Positions 26,836 through 39,839 of a stretch of 64,000 nt of DNA are shown here, piece after piece. The DNA is from Chiloscyllium plagiosum (taxonomy: Eukaryota), in contig NC_057719.1 of assembly GCF_004010195.1 (NCBI RefSeq), forward strand, positions 88,791,405 through 88,855,404, read 5' to 3'. The notes below the pieces were generated by a model. The model had not been told where the DNA came from and did no database searches. It was given only the letters and a program-made list of their open reading frames with translations. Both the position numbers and the translations under genes were made by a program. Each line of letters begins with the position of its first letter. Within the stretch, counting starts at the first letter, position 1.

Positions 26836-27570
26836 AGAGTCATAGAGATATACAGCATGGAAACAGACCTTTTGGTTCAACTTGTCCATGCCAACCTGAT
26901 ATCCTAACCTAATCTAGTCCCATTTGCCAGCACTTGACCCACAGCCCTCTAAACCCTTCCTTCCTATTCATACACTCATCCAGATGTCTTTTAAATGTTG
27001 TAATTGCACCAGGCTCTACCACCCTCTGGCAGTTCATTCCATACACGTACCACCCTCTGCATGAAAAGTTCCCCCTTAGGTCCCTTTTAAATTTTTCCCC
27101 TCTCACCCTAAACTTACGTCCTCTAGTTCTGGACTCCCCACCCCAGGGAAAAGACCTTGTCTATTTATCCTATCCATGCCTCTTAAGATTTTATAAACCT
27201 CTATAAGGTCACCCCTCAGCCTCCAAAGTTCCAGGGAAAACAACCTCAGCCTATTCAGCCTCTCCATATAGCTCAAATCCTCTAAACCTGGCAACATCCT
27301 TGTAAATCTTTTCTGAACCCTTTCAAGTTTCACAACATCTTTCCGATAGGAAGGAGACTAGAACTGCACGCAATATTCTAAAAGTGGCCTAACCAATATC
27401 CTGTACAGCTGCAACGATTCCTATACTCAATACTCTGACCAATAAAGAAAAGCATTCCAAACGCCTTCTTCACTATCCCTATCTACCTGCGACTGCACTT
27501 TCAAGGAACTATGAACCTCCATTCTAAGGTCTCTTTGTTCAGCAACACTCCCAGGACCTTACCATTAAGC
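26836..27570 (-). mobile_element. CR1 3' fragment
   Basis: LERVQKRFTRMLPGL...LFSLELWRLRGDL. 3' end agagtcatagag. Confidence 0.9.
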
Positions 27571-28688
27571 GGGGACTTCAAAGACCACGGTCGAGTCCTC
27601 AACGAGACATAGCCAGGCCCTGCAGGTACGGGCCTTTGTAGAACAGGTTGACGTCCTCAAGAATTGAGGTCAAAGAAAAAGCATCTGGGTAGTCGGGCTG
27701 CCGAAGCAATAGGATGACAAGCAGTCAGCCAGTTTTTTGAAGAATGGCTGCCTCAATTTCTGGGCTGTGAGCCCGAGGCAGGCCGGATGCGGATTGAGAG
27801 AGCTCACCGGGTGGCAGCGCGCAGACCTGGTTCGGACTGCGCTCCCGCCTGGTCCAAGTGCAATTCCAGTCCTATAGGGACAAACAAAAAGTAATGGAAG
27901 GCTCCAGATCGATGGGAAAGGATCTTCAGGCCCTGATTTATAAAGGATCAAAGATTATATTTTTTCAGGACTTTGCTGCGGCTGTGATCCAAAAGAGGAA
28001 GTCCTTTGGTGAAGTGAAGAAGAGTCTGAGGGGGATCTGGATATTCAATATTCCATCAGGTACCTGGCGGTGCTCAGTTTTAACCACAAAGGGTCCGTGC
28101 ATGTATTTGACTCCTTAGAAAATGTGAAGTACTTTCTGGACACTTTGAAATAGACTGGATGGTCCAAAAGACATGGACAATAATGGTTCTCTTTTCTTTT
28201 CCCTTTATTTTTCCACTACCTCATGTACTTCTCCTTTCTCTTCATTATTTTTATTACAGAAAAGTGTTTTTTTTTCTTCCCAGTGATAATGGAAGTCAAT
28301 ATTGAGTTGGGATGGGTGAATCCTTCGCCCGAGTTTGGGGCACGGCTCAAACTTGGAGGAGGTATAGAGGTGTATGCAGGTGGTGTAAGCACCCCCTGTG
28401 GGCAAGGGGCAGAGTCTCCCATCAAGTGTGTTTTGTATGTTGTAACTGATATAGTTTGTTGGCTTTTAGTTGAGGTGGTTTTTGGAAGTTTTGTTAACAC
28501 AGTTTTAGTGCGTGTATTTTTTAGATTCCATGAGTCTCCATTTATTTACATGCGGCGCGTTGTCAGTAGGGTTCTTGTTCTCGGGGGTTTAAGGGTTGTT
28601 ATAGAGGGATATGGCTAAGTGCCTCCTTGAGTGATGCATCTGGAATATTAAGAGAGAAAAAGTACTTTAGAGTCTCAGGAAGGAGAAG
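27571..28688 (+). mobile_element. L1-clade fragment (ORF1 C-terminal half, T-rich spacer, start of ORF2)
   Basis: IIFFQDFAAAVIQKRKSFGEVKKSL parallels the ORF1 of the 56993-62486 L1. It ends abruptly at a CR1 3' fragment. Confidence 0.75.
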
Positions 28689-30360
28689 GATGTTGACAGG
28701 GTTGGAGGATTTGAGCTATAGTGAGAGGCTGAAAGACTGGGCTGTTTCCCCTGGAGCTTCGAAGGCTGAGGGGTGACCTCATAGATGTTTATAAAATAAT
28801 GAGGGGCATGGACAGGATAAACAGACATGGTCCTTTCCCTGGGGTGGTGAGTCCAGAACTAGAGGTCATAGGTTTAGAGTAAGAGGGGAAAGATTTAAAA
28901 GGGACCTAAGGGGCAACGTTTTCACGAGGAGGTTGGTGTGTGTATGGAACGAGCTTCCCACCCTACCTCTTGCAAAACCTCTTGCAAAAATGCCATCCCA
29001 TATTCCCAATTCCTCCGCCTCCGCCGGATCTGCTCCCTGGAGGACCAGTTCCACCACAGAACACACCAGATGGCCTCCTTCTTTAGAGACCACAATTTCC
29101 CTTCCCACGCATCTCGTCTACATCCTGTACCTCCGCCCTCAGGCCCCACCCCTCCAGCCGTAACAAGGACAGAACGCGCTTGGTGCTCAACTTACACCCT
29201 ACCAACCTGCGCATAAACCAAATAATCCGCCGACATTTCCGCCACCTCCAAACAGACCCCACCACCAGGGATATATTTCCCTCCCCACCCCTTTCCGCCC
29301 TCCGCAAAGACTGTTCCCTCCGTGACTACCTGGTCAGGTCCACGCCTCCCTACAACCCACCCTCCCATCCTGGCACTTTCCCCTGCCACCGCAGAAACTG
29401 TAAAACCTGTGCCCACACCTCCTCCCTCACCTCTATCCAAGGCCCTAAAGGAGCCTTCCACATCCATCAAAGTTTTACTTGCACATCCAACAATATCATT
29501 TAAGTATCGTTGCTCCCGATGCGGTCTCCTCTACATTGGGGAGACTGGGCGCCTCCTAGCAGAGCGCTTTAGGGAACATCTCCGGGACACCCGCACCAAT
29601 CAACCACACCGCCCCGTGGCCCAACATTTCAACTCCCCCTCCCACTCTGCCGAGGACATGGAGGTCCTGGGCCTCCTTCACCGCCGCTCCCTCACCACCA
29701 GACGCCTGGAGAAAGAACGCCTCATCTTCCGCTTCAGAACACTTCAACCCCAGGGCATCAATGTGGACTTCAACAGTTTCCTCATTTCCCCTTCACCCAC
29801 CTTACCCTAGTCCTAAACTTCCAGCTCAGCACTGTCCCCATGACTTGTCTGGACTTGTCCTACCTGCCTATCTCCTTTTCCACCTATCCACTCCACCCTC
29901 TCCTCCCTGACCTATCACCTTCATCCCCTCCCCCACTCACCCATTGTACTCTATGGTACTTTCTCCCCACCCCCATCCTCCTCTAGCTTATCTCTCCATG
30001 CTTCAGGCACACTGCCTTTATTCCTGATGAAGGGCTTTTGCCCGAAACATCGATTTCGAAGCTCCTTGGATGCTGCCTGAACTGCTGTGCTCTTCCAGCA
30101 CCACTAATCCAGAATCTGGTTTCCAGCATCTGCAGTCATTGTTTTTACCTCTATGGAATGAGCTGCCAGAGGAAGTGGTGGAGACTGGTAGAATTAGAAC
30201 ATTTAAAAGGCATTTGCATGGGTATATGAATAGGAAGTGTTGAGAGGGATAAGTGCCAAGTGCTGGCAAATGGGACTAGATTAGGTGAGGATACCTGATC
30301 GGCATGGACGAGTTGAACCAAAGGATCTGTTTCCGTGCTGTACATCTAATGACTCTAAGA
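28689..30360 (+). mobile_element. CR1 3' fragment split by a Penelope insertion
   Basis: CR1 sequence resumes at 30152 after the TSD. Confidence 0.85.
28956..30151 (+). mobile_element. Penelope-like element, 5'-truncated (GIY-YIG, terminal repeat with a hammerhead at about 30020-30055)
   Basis: IPYSQFLRLRRICS, CHRRNCKTC, CSRCGLLYIGETGRLLAERFREH. 13-bp TSD tatggaa(c/t)gagct at 28943-28955 and 30152-30164. Confidence 0.92.
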
Positions 30361-30684
30361 TCATCTTAATGATCTCAATAAAACATAATCAAGAAAGAAC
30401 CCACGCTACTCACTACTGTAGACTTACAGCAAGGTTACAAGTAAAAGCTAGATACTTATCTGTTCCTGTGCTGTGAGCTCTCCCACACAGGTTCCTCCTC
30501 ATTGCAGCGGTGGCCAAGACACCGAGTGTATTTAAAGTAGATATGTTCTTAATTATTAAGAGGATCGATAATAGGGAAAACACAGGAGAAAAGGGTTGAG
30601 CAACATTATCAGCCATAATCGAGTGGCAGTGCAGGCTTGATGGGCTGAATGGCCTCATTCTGCTCCTATATCTTATGGTCTCTT

Positions 30685-31035
30685 GAGCAGGTGGGACCTG
30701 AACCCAGGCCTATTGGCTTAAGGGTAGAGGCACAACCACTGCTCCACAAAAGTCCTTAAATTATATTTTATCCATAGGCAAATGGATGTCAAAACTTTCT
30801 AATCAATCTGTTCTGAGATTTATTACACATCTGGATCTGATGGGACTTGAACTTGGCCTCCTGGCTCAAAGGTAGGGACATTGCCACTGCACCACAACAG
30901 TCACCCTAACACAGAATCCTTTTTTTCTAACCAACCTGTTCTAAGACATTATTACATACCACTGGTGCAGGTGGGACTTGAACCAGGTCTACTGGCTCAG
31001 AGGTAAGGACAATACACTGCACCACAAGACCCCCA
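30685..31035 (-). repeat. Three tandem short tRNA-derived SINE-like units (period about 130-150 bp)
   Basis: On the minus strand each unit reads roughly (G)TGGTGCAGTG...GTTCAAGTCCCA(C)C, i.e. A-box and B-box. Copies near 30690, 30840 and 30970. Confidence 0.7.
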
Positions 31036-31062
31036 AAACAAAATCTCTCTGCCTTCCTTATA

Positions 31063-31232
31063 CTGAGGAACCTTGATTATCCGAACGACACCAGCGGAGA
31101 GTATTTCATTCGGTTAATCGAATGCCGGATAATCGATACCGGATAACATAGCTGGTGCATCGGGACCTTGCAATCTTGTTCAGTTTATCCGAAATTCGGT
31201 TAATCAAATGCTGGATAATCAAGGGTTCTCTA
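31063..31232. mobile_element. MITE of Tc1/mariner (pogo/Tigger-like) type
   Basis: TIRs ctgaggaaccttgattatcc / ggataatcaagggttctcta, flanked by TA at 31061-31062 and 31233-31234. Internal repeats ttcggttaatc and ggataa. Confidence 0.75.
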
Positions 31233-31913
31233 TAAAGAATTTCAGCTGCTCCTCTTTTCAAATGTAACCTGGCGCCCAGCAGACAACGATGCACAACCAA
31301 TACAATTTTCATGGAAATGTCTTCACCAAAAATGGTACATCGATGTGAGCTTAAGAAATGATGATATTTCTTGGACACGTGGCTACCTAAGAGGAGTCCT
31401 GAAATTTCCACAAAGAACAAGATGCACAAGCGAAGGAATCCTGCTGACTTGCCAGGGTATCAATGCACTGACATCTGATCTCCTGAGACACTGAATATTA
31501 AATTAAAATTTAATTTATACGGACGTCCAAAAATGGAAGACCATGATACTGACTGATAAAACACTACCAAACTGAGCTCCAAGAAACTGACCTCTAAAAG
31601 AGGGATGCTACAGTGCTACAGAGGAATGCTACAGTAGGCTTTTAACTTAGAAGTCTAGAATCAATACTTGTCAGTCTAACACAAAATACGAATTGCTGTC
31701 ATGCAAAGCATCAACAGCTGTGCAAGTAAACAATCTTGATGCTCTTCTTTTCCAATTCTTCAGAATATGCTCCACGTCCTTAAGAAGTTGCCCTTAAAGC
31801 ACTTCCGTTGTTCAGTTTCTATTTTGCCAGTTTTTCATTTCAAACTATTTAAAGCAGATTTTTTTCACCTCACTGAAATCAGCCTTTCTATGCTCAACTG
31901 ATCATTGTCTTAA

Positions 31914-32046
31914 GGAGAAAGTGAGGACTGCAGATGCTGGAGATCAGAGCTGAAAAATGTGTTGCTGGAAAAGCGCAGCAGGTCAGTCAGCATCCAAGGA
32001 GCAGGAAAATCAGCGTTTCAGGCATAAACCCTTCTTCAGGAATGCT
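31914..32046 (-). mobile_element. Short (133 bp) Penelope terminal-repeat insert beginning at a hammerhead motif
   Basis: 16-bp TSD ctgatcattgtcttaa at 31898-31913 and 32047-32062. Confidence 0.85.
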
Positions 32047-33501
32047 CTGATCATTGTCTTAATCCATAACTATTCTAAGTCTGAAAATATCATGATCACT
32101 TTGACAATTGTACTCTCTCTGAAGCATAGTCTATTCGTTCTTCCTCATCCCCAGGACCAGATTTGGCACCTTCTTCTTTGTTGAATTGGAATTGCTTGTT
32201 CTCTTCAGACAGATATAGTGATGATGGTGTTGTGTATGTGCATGTGTAAGTATATGCATGTGTGTATGGAGGGTGGAATGGGGAAAAGAGAGCGAGAAAG
32301 CAAGAGAGAAAAAAAAACAATTTGTTTTGTGTTCAACATACAAAATTATCTGGTTGCTTTTAAGGAGAGCTGGCTTCAAGATCACCAAAGATTCAGTCTT
32401 GAATATTGGGCAGAACATAACATTAAAGCAAAATAGCGAGCTCGGTAGAGATGAAGAGATAGCATTATTAATTAAGCATGGGATTTGTGTGATATTTAGA
32501 GATTACCTTAATTTAAGATGCCAGAACACAATAAAATTGGGCGAAGAGAAGGAATAGTATAGGAAAGAAATCTAGGGAAAAGGAAAGTGGTCTATAAGCC
32601 AAGCAGTAACCACAATATGGAATAAAGTGTGCAATGACAAATAGTGACAACAAATTATTGTAATAATGGGACAGAAACAATCCTGGCCAACTTTAAAGTA
32701 CACATAAATCATAAAAATCAGACTGGCAGTGGTTGCCTGGATGAGAAGCGCATCGAATGCGTCCAAGATAGTTTCTTACAGCAACTTGATTTGAAACCAA
32801 CCTGGAAACAGATATTAGATACATTATTGTGTAATTTGATAGGATTTATTAATGACCTCAAGTGTTAAAGCACTCTGAGGTAGAGTGACTACAATATGAT
32901 TGAATTTTACATCCAGTTTGAAAAGGAGACAACTAAGACTAACATTGTAAATTTATGTGGGTATGAAAGCTGTACTCGCTGAAATATTCTGGGCTAGCTA
33001 GGAGATTGAGTAATGGAGGCATGGTGGCAGACATTTAAAGAGCTATTTCAGAATGCACAGAGTAAGTACACTCCCACTATTTAAAAAAAGACCCACTATC
33101 TTTGGTTAACTGAAATAAGGAAAAGCATAATAAAATAGTGATAACAAGATGAGTGTGAAGATGAGTGACAGGTCAGATCATTGGTCAGAATTTAGAAAAC
33201 AGAAGAGAATGATGAAAAGATGGAAAAATTAGAGTATGAGAGAAGTTAGGTATGAATTTAAAAATGAACAGCAAGAGTTATTACAGTTTTTTTTAAAAAC
33301 AGGAACAAAATTAGTTATAGAGCATGGATAAACTCTTAATATCTGGCAGATTTCTCTGAAGAAGAGTTATAATGGACTTGAAATTTCATCAAAAGTAGCA
33401 AGACAAATTCAGATGGCTGGGAAAAAAAAATTCTTGGCTTCATTATGAAGGCATAAATCATACCAGAATAGTATTATGCTGAATCTTTAGGAAACACTTA
33501 C

Positions 33502-33606
33502 ATTCGGGGCTTTTGTAATAGTGATGGTGAGATTTTCAGGTCTGTTCTTTCGAGTGGTAACAGCCATTCCCTCCAGTTCTGCCTTTTTCTTGTCTTCTTC
33601 AATTTC
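33502..33606 (-). CDS. CCDC9B: CCDC9/CCDC9B-family gene, coding exon (105 nt, EIEEDKKKAELEGMAVTTRKNRPENLTITITKAPN)
   Basis: ttgcAG|GAAATT...CCGAAT|GTaagt, phase 0-0. It continues the frame of the previous exon. EIEEDxKKAELEG is family-typical and LTITI resembles the LTVTI motif of CCDC9B. Confidence 0.9.
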
Positions 33607-34265
33607 CTGCAATGTTCAAATCCCAATTCCTTCAGAACTTAATAGAATTAAAAACTTTATGTAGGCTAACTTTAGATTACCATATCAACCCATATAGTGA
33701 AGGACAACTTGTCAACTGCATTACGACCAATTTATTGCTAAGAGAAGGAGGGATAAGCAGATGTGCACTAGTTTCAAAACTAAACAATAGCCCAGAAGTT
33801 GAAATTGCATTTGCACTTTCACTTTCCTACAAAGAGTACAAGTTAATGTTAATACAATCAGAGATCATAACATTCTGAATAAATGTGCTAGCCTTGAGCT
33901 ACAACCTCTATTTTGATATCAAACGCGGCGACTGCACAAAGAGATACGAAATGGCACAAACTACAATACTGTTTGCACCTAAAAGCTGGAAAATGGCAAA
34001 CTAACTTTTACTTTTTAACTGCATACTTTGGTGTTCAAATTATAATTCAAACAGAAGAATGCTTTATGTTGTAAAAAAAAATTAAAGTTATCATTAATCC
34101 TTTTGTCAGTCCAAGGGAGTAAAGAAAACAAGGATGCAGGTTAGTGGGGAGGGAAGCCGTGAGGCACACAAGAAAGGCAAAGAAGCAACACAATAGTCGG
34201 AAGCAAAGGCAAGCAAGAAGTTATTTCTATGTTCAAGATGCAAAACCTTATGATGAATAACACAC

Positions 34266-34376
34266 CTGATATCTTTTCACAAGTGCTTCATTCTTTTTCC
34301 GTAATGCTTCTATCTTTTTATCCAGTTCTGCATCTTTCTCCTCCTTGGTCTTTAAAATTACATCCACTGCTGTATC
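34266..34376 (-). CDS. CCDC9B: CCDC9/CCDC9B-family gene, coding exon (111 nt, DTAVDVILKTKEEKDAELDKKIEALRKKNEALVKRYQ)
   Basis: Minus strand reads catttctAG|GATACA...TATCAG|GTgtgt, phase 0-0. The peptide matches the recalled CCDC9-family N-terminus (KEEKDAELDKRIEALRRKNEALIRRYQ). The paralogue call (9B rather than 9) rests on the downstream exons. Confidence 0.9.
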
Positions 34377-34599
34377 CTAGAAATGAAAGAGTACAAAGTA
34401 TGTCAATAGTATCCACTAATTAACTAATACAGAAGAAAATTCAAAACATTAGGAGGTACAGTGCAAATTTTGAAAGAAAATTAGATAAATATTTAAGGAG
34501 AAAATAGTTGCAGAGGTATAAGAATGAAGAGTAAACCACCAAAAAATGGGTCTGCTCTTTCAAAATGCCAGCACAATTATGAGTCAAATTTTATTGCAG

Positions 34600-37500
34600 A
34601 ATTACACAAGTGTTGTATTGTGGGGGAGGCCATTTGACCCATCATCTCTGTACCAACTTTTCAAATGAGTGTTATGATTTAGTGCCATTCCTTCATATTC
34701 TTGAGCATTGTTTCTATTCAAATACTAATTTACTATCCTCTTGAATGCCTCAACTGAACCTGCCTGCCCACCTGAAAGCTGTGCATTCCAGGTGCCATTG
34801 CATTTAAAAGGTTTTTTCTTACATCACATTTGCTTCTTATGAAAATCACTTTAAATCCGTGTCCTCTGATTCTCAACCTTTCTCAAGTGGAAACAGTTTC
34901 TCCCTACCTACTATATTCAGACCTCTCATGACTTTAAAAACTTCAATCAAATCACTCTCATCCGTCTTTTCTCCAATGAGAACATTCTCATCTTTTCTAG
35001 TCTGCCCAGATAACTGACGTTTCCCACCCCTGGTATTATTCTTACAAACCTGCACTCTCTTCAATGCATCCAATGCATTCACATTTGTCCTATTGTATGG
35101 CACCCATAACTGTGCACAACGTTTCAACTGAGGTGTATAGTAGGAGGCTTACACAAGTTCAACATCATTATCTTGTGCTTGTCCTTTGTGTTCTATCGGG
35201 AAAGAAAAACATACTGTTGGCTTTAACTGATCTCTCTACCTGTATGGAGAAAATTAGGACTGCAGATGCTGGAGATCAGAGTCGAGAGTGTGGTGCTGGA
35301 AAAACACAGCAGGTCAGGCAGCATCCGAGGATCGGGAGAATCAACATTTCAGGCATAAGCTCTTCATCAGGAGTGAGGGCTTGTTGGTGGGAGCTGAGAG
35401 ATATATGGGAGGGGGGTGGGGTTGGGGGGGGTAGCTGGGAAAGCGATAGGTGGATGAAGGTGAGGGAGAAAGTGATAGGTCAGAAGGGGCAGTGATGGAC
35501 AGGTCCAGAGGGTGGTGCTGAGTTGGAGGCTTGGGACTGGAATAATGTGGGGGGGAAGGGAAATGAAGAAGCTGTTGAAATCCACATTTATCCCATGTGG
35601 TTGCAGGCTCCCACGGCAGCATATGAGGCGTCAGGAGGTAACAGTTTGGCGGTGGAGGCGGCCAAGGACTTGCGTATTCTTGACGGAGTGGGAGGGGGAG
35701 TTGAAGTCTTCAGCCACGGGTAGTGGGGTTGGTGGATCCGGTTGTCTCAGAGATATTCTCTGAAACAATCCGCAAGAAGGCGCCCTGTCTCTCTGCTGAG
35801 GAAGCGACCACACCAGGTGCAACAGTGACATTGGTAGAGGTACAGGTGAATTTCTGACAGATGTGGAAGGATCCCTTGGGGCTTTGGACAGAGAAGATGG
35901 GAGTGCTGTGGGCAGAAGATTTGCACTTCCTGCGGTGGCAGGGAAAGGTGCTGGGAGTGGGGTGTGGGCTGGTGGAGGTCATGGACCTGATGAAGGAGTC
36001 GCGAGAGAATGGTCTTTTTGGAACGCTGATAGGAGTGGGGAGGGAAATCCCCACTCTGGTGGTGGGGTCCGTTTGGAGGTGGCGGATTTGGCGGAGGATG
36101 ATGCATTGTATGTGGAGGTTGATGGGGTGAGGTGAGGACCGGGAGAGGGGGGGAGGAGGTTCTGTCCTTGTTGCGTTGGGAGGGATGGTATTTAAAGTGG
36201 TGGGGATGCGGTAGAGGGCATCGTCAACCACTTGGGAAGGGAAGTTGCGATTGTGCAAGAAGGAGGCTATCTGGGACTTTGAGGTGGAATTGATCATCCT
36301 GGGAACAGATGCAGCAGAGGCGGAGGAATTGGGAATAAGGGATGGCATTTTTACAGGAGGTAGGGTGGGAGGTGTTGTCGTCTAGGTAGCTGTGGGGGTT
36401 GATGGGCTTATAGTATATGTCTGTGGTTAGTTGGTCGGCAGAGACGGTGATGGAGAGGTCCAGGAAGAGGAAGGAGGTTGCCAAGATGGTCCAGGTGAAT
36501 TCGAGGTCGGGTGGAAGTTGTTGGTAAAGTTGGTGAACTGTTCAGCCTCCTCATGGGAGCACGAGGTGGCACCAATACAGTCATCGATGCTCCAGAGGAA
36601 GAGGTGGGGGGGGGGTGGAGCCGGTGTAACTGCGGAAGATGGATTTTTCCACTTATCCGACAAACAGGCAGGCATAGCTGGGTCCATGTGGGTGCCCATG
36701 GCTACCCCTTTGGTTTGGAGGAAGTGGGAGGATTGGAAGGAGAAGTTGTTGAGGGTGAAGTCCAGTTCAGTCAGGTGGATGAGGGTGTCGGTGGAAGGGT
36801 ACTGGTTGGGGCGGTGTGAGAGGAAAAAACAGAAGGTTTGGAGACCTTCATTGTGGTGGATCAATGTGTACAGGGACTGGATGTCCATGGTGAAGATGAG
36901 GCATTGGGGAAACTAAAATCTTGGAGGAGGTGAAGGGCATGGGTGATGTCAGAAACGCAGGTGAGGAGCTCCTGTTCTAAGGGGGACAGGACGGTGTTGA
37001 GGTCAGAAGAGATGAGTTTGGTGGGACAGGCATAAGCTGAGACAATGGTTCGACCAAGGCAGTCAGATTTGTGAATCTTAGGAAAGAAATAGAACTGGGT
37101 GGTACGGGATTCACAGACAATGAGGTTGGAGGCTATGGATGGGAGATCCCCAGAGGTGATGAGGTTGTGGATAGTCTGGGAGATAATGGTTTGGTGATGG
37201 GAGGCGAGGTCATGATCAAGGGGACAGTAGGAGGAGGTGTCTGCAAGTTGGCGCCTGGCTTCAGCAGTGTAGAGGTCAGTGTGCCCCCTTTGTCCATGGG
37301 TTTGATGATGAGATTGGGGTTGGAGCGGAGGGAGTGAAGGGCTGCGCGTTGTGAGGGTGGGAGATTGGAGTGGGTAAGAAGGATGGACAGGTTGAAGTAG
37401 TCGATGTCACGGCAACAGTTTGAAAGGCAGAGATTGAGGCCGGGTGGCAGGCCAGCACAGCGTGTCCAGGTGGATGGGGTGTGTTGGAGGTGGGAGAAGG

Positions 37501-39560
37501 GGTCCTTGGTGGGTGTGTGGGTGTCTTGGTTAAAAAAGTAGGCACGGAGGCGGCGGAAGAAACGTTCAACCATCTCCGCAACCTCCCTCCCCTTCCTGGA
37601 CCTGTCCATCACCGCCTCCGGCGACTGACTAACCACAGACATATATTACAAGCCCATCGACTCCCACAGCTCTAGACTACACCTCCTCCCACCATACCTC
37701 CTGTAAAAACACCATCCCTTATTCCCAATTCTTCCACCTCCACCGCATCTGTTCCCAGGATGACCAATTCAACCTCAGAAAATCCCAGATGACCTCCTTC
37801 TTCCACGATCGCAACTTCCCTTTCCAGGTGGTTGATGATACCCTCCAGCGCATCTTCTCCACTGGATATATTTCCCTCCCCACTCCCATCAGTGTTCCGA
37901 AAAGACTATTCCCTCTGTGACTTCCTCAGGTCAGGTCCACACCCCCCACCAACCCATACCTCACTCCTGGGCACCTTCCCCTGCCACCAGAGGAAGTGCA
38001 AAATCTGCGGCCAAACCACTCTCCTCACCTCCGTCCAAGGCCCCAAGTAATCCTTCCACATCCATCAGAAATTCACCTGCATCTCAACCAATGTCATCTA
38101 CTGCATACGTTGCACTCGGTGTGGTCTCCTCTACATCGGGGATATAGGATGCTTTCTTGCGGATAGTTTCAGAGAACATCTCTGGGACAACTGCACCCCC
38201 CAACCCCACTGCCCCATGGCTGAACACTTCAACTCCCCCCTCCCACCAGATCAAGGACATGCAGGTCCTGGGCCTCCTCTACTGCCAAACCGTTACTACC
38301 TGACACCTGGAGGAGGAATGCCTCATATTCTGTCTTGGGACCTACAACCACATGGGATAAATATGGATTTCAACAGCTTCCTCATTTCCCCCCATCTCCA
38401 CATTAGTCCAGTCCCAAGCCTCCAACTTGGCACCGCCCTCTGGACCCATCTATCACCTATCACCTCTGACCCATCACCTTCTCCCTTACCTTCATCTACC
38501 TATCACATTCCCAGCTACCTCCCCCAACCCCACCGCCCTCCCATTTATCTCTCAGCCCCGACTCGCAAGCCTTATTCCTGCTGAAGGGCTTATGCCCAAA
38601 CCGTCGATTCTCCTGCTCCTCCAATGCTGCCTGACCTGCTGTGCTTTTCCAGCATCACACTCTCTACTCTCTACCTGTATTCCTACCTTCACTGACCTGA
38701 GCACATATATACCCAAGTCTCTCTGTTCCTGCATTTTCACTTATTTCATACTGTCTTTCAATTTTCTCTGACCAAAATACAACAACTTACACTTTTCCAC
38801 AGTGAACATCATCCGTCACATATCTGTCCATTCTATAAATAAATTGTCTTCTCACATTTACAATTCTTCAAGTTTCATGTCATTTGCAAACTTTGAAATT
38901 GTCCTCTGCACATCAAAATCTTTATCATTAATACACATCAAGACAAATGCCAACCCTGGGGAACTTCACTCTAAACCTTCCTCCAGACAGAAAAATGTCC
39001 ACTAACTCTCACTGTTTCCTGTCACCCAGTCAATTTTGGATCCACATTGTAAGTATCTCTTTTACTCCATAACCTACAACCTTTCTCACATGCCAATAAT
39101 TTGATAATCTATTAAATTCCTTTTGAAAGTTCATGAGCACCACATCAACAGTATTAGCCTCATCAATTCTTTCTACTAGATGTTCAGAAAAACCGAGCCA
39201 AGTTAGTCATTCACAATTACACCTTTAGAAATTCATTCTGGCTCTGGATTAGCAAAGCCTTTGCAATAGGATTATTAAATCCCGAATATTACAAGCTTCC
39301 TCACGACTGATCTGGATTTACTTAGCTTTTCCTTACAAACTTTGTGAATAAGGGTGCAATATCTAATATTTTCCAGTTCTCCAGTACCTCTTGACTGTAA
39401 GGAAGACTATGGCCAGTGCTCCTGAAACTTCTACTCTCACTTCCTTCAATATCTTTGGATGCATCCAATCCACTTCCAATACCTTGTCAACTTTAAGTAG
39501 CAACAGTCCTTGATGATTCTGATGCCGTATTATAAGAGTTTCCTACTTTGTCACTATGGC
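34600..39560 (-). mobile_element. Old CR1 RT/3' region, host of the inverted Penelope
   Basis: Degenerate CR1 (DLIEVFKVMRG...REKLFPL) on both sides of the insertion. Confidence 0.65.
35246..38666. mobile_element. Penelope-like element in inverted configuration: long minus copy (RT and GIY-YIG, 35246 to about 37575) plus a short plus copy (about 37575-38666)
   Basis: RT motifs DIQSLYT, KGVAMGT, SIDDCIG and FLDLSI on the minus strand. The plus copy repeats the 3' part. Perfect 14-bp TSD ctctctacctgtat at 35232-35245 and 38667-38680. Confidence 0.9.
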
Positions 39561-39839
39561 CTGGGTAGAATCTACCACAATGGCAAGCATTTAACAATGT
39601 ATTTCAATAAGGAATTCAATCGTATTTTCAAAATTAAATATTGACCAATAAGTTAGAACAAAAATTGTAGACGAAGTCCAGCTTCCAGACCAAAAAATCC
39701 TGTGAAAAATTATCAATACTACAAATACATAGGTTCATGAAACAAGTGGGTATGTTGTGGAGACAGAAGTATTTAGAAATATACTTCCACTGTTTAAATA
39801 CAGAGAGGAAAGATTATATAATAATTTGCTTATGGTTAG

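Noticed and set aside
31387..31482. Minus-strand EIRCQCIDT after an AG, resembling a CXC chemokine ELRCQC motif
   Set aside because: The frame stops after 31 residues and lacks the later chemokine cysteine spacing. No signal-peptide exon was found, so it is probably coincidence.
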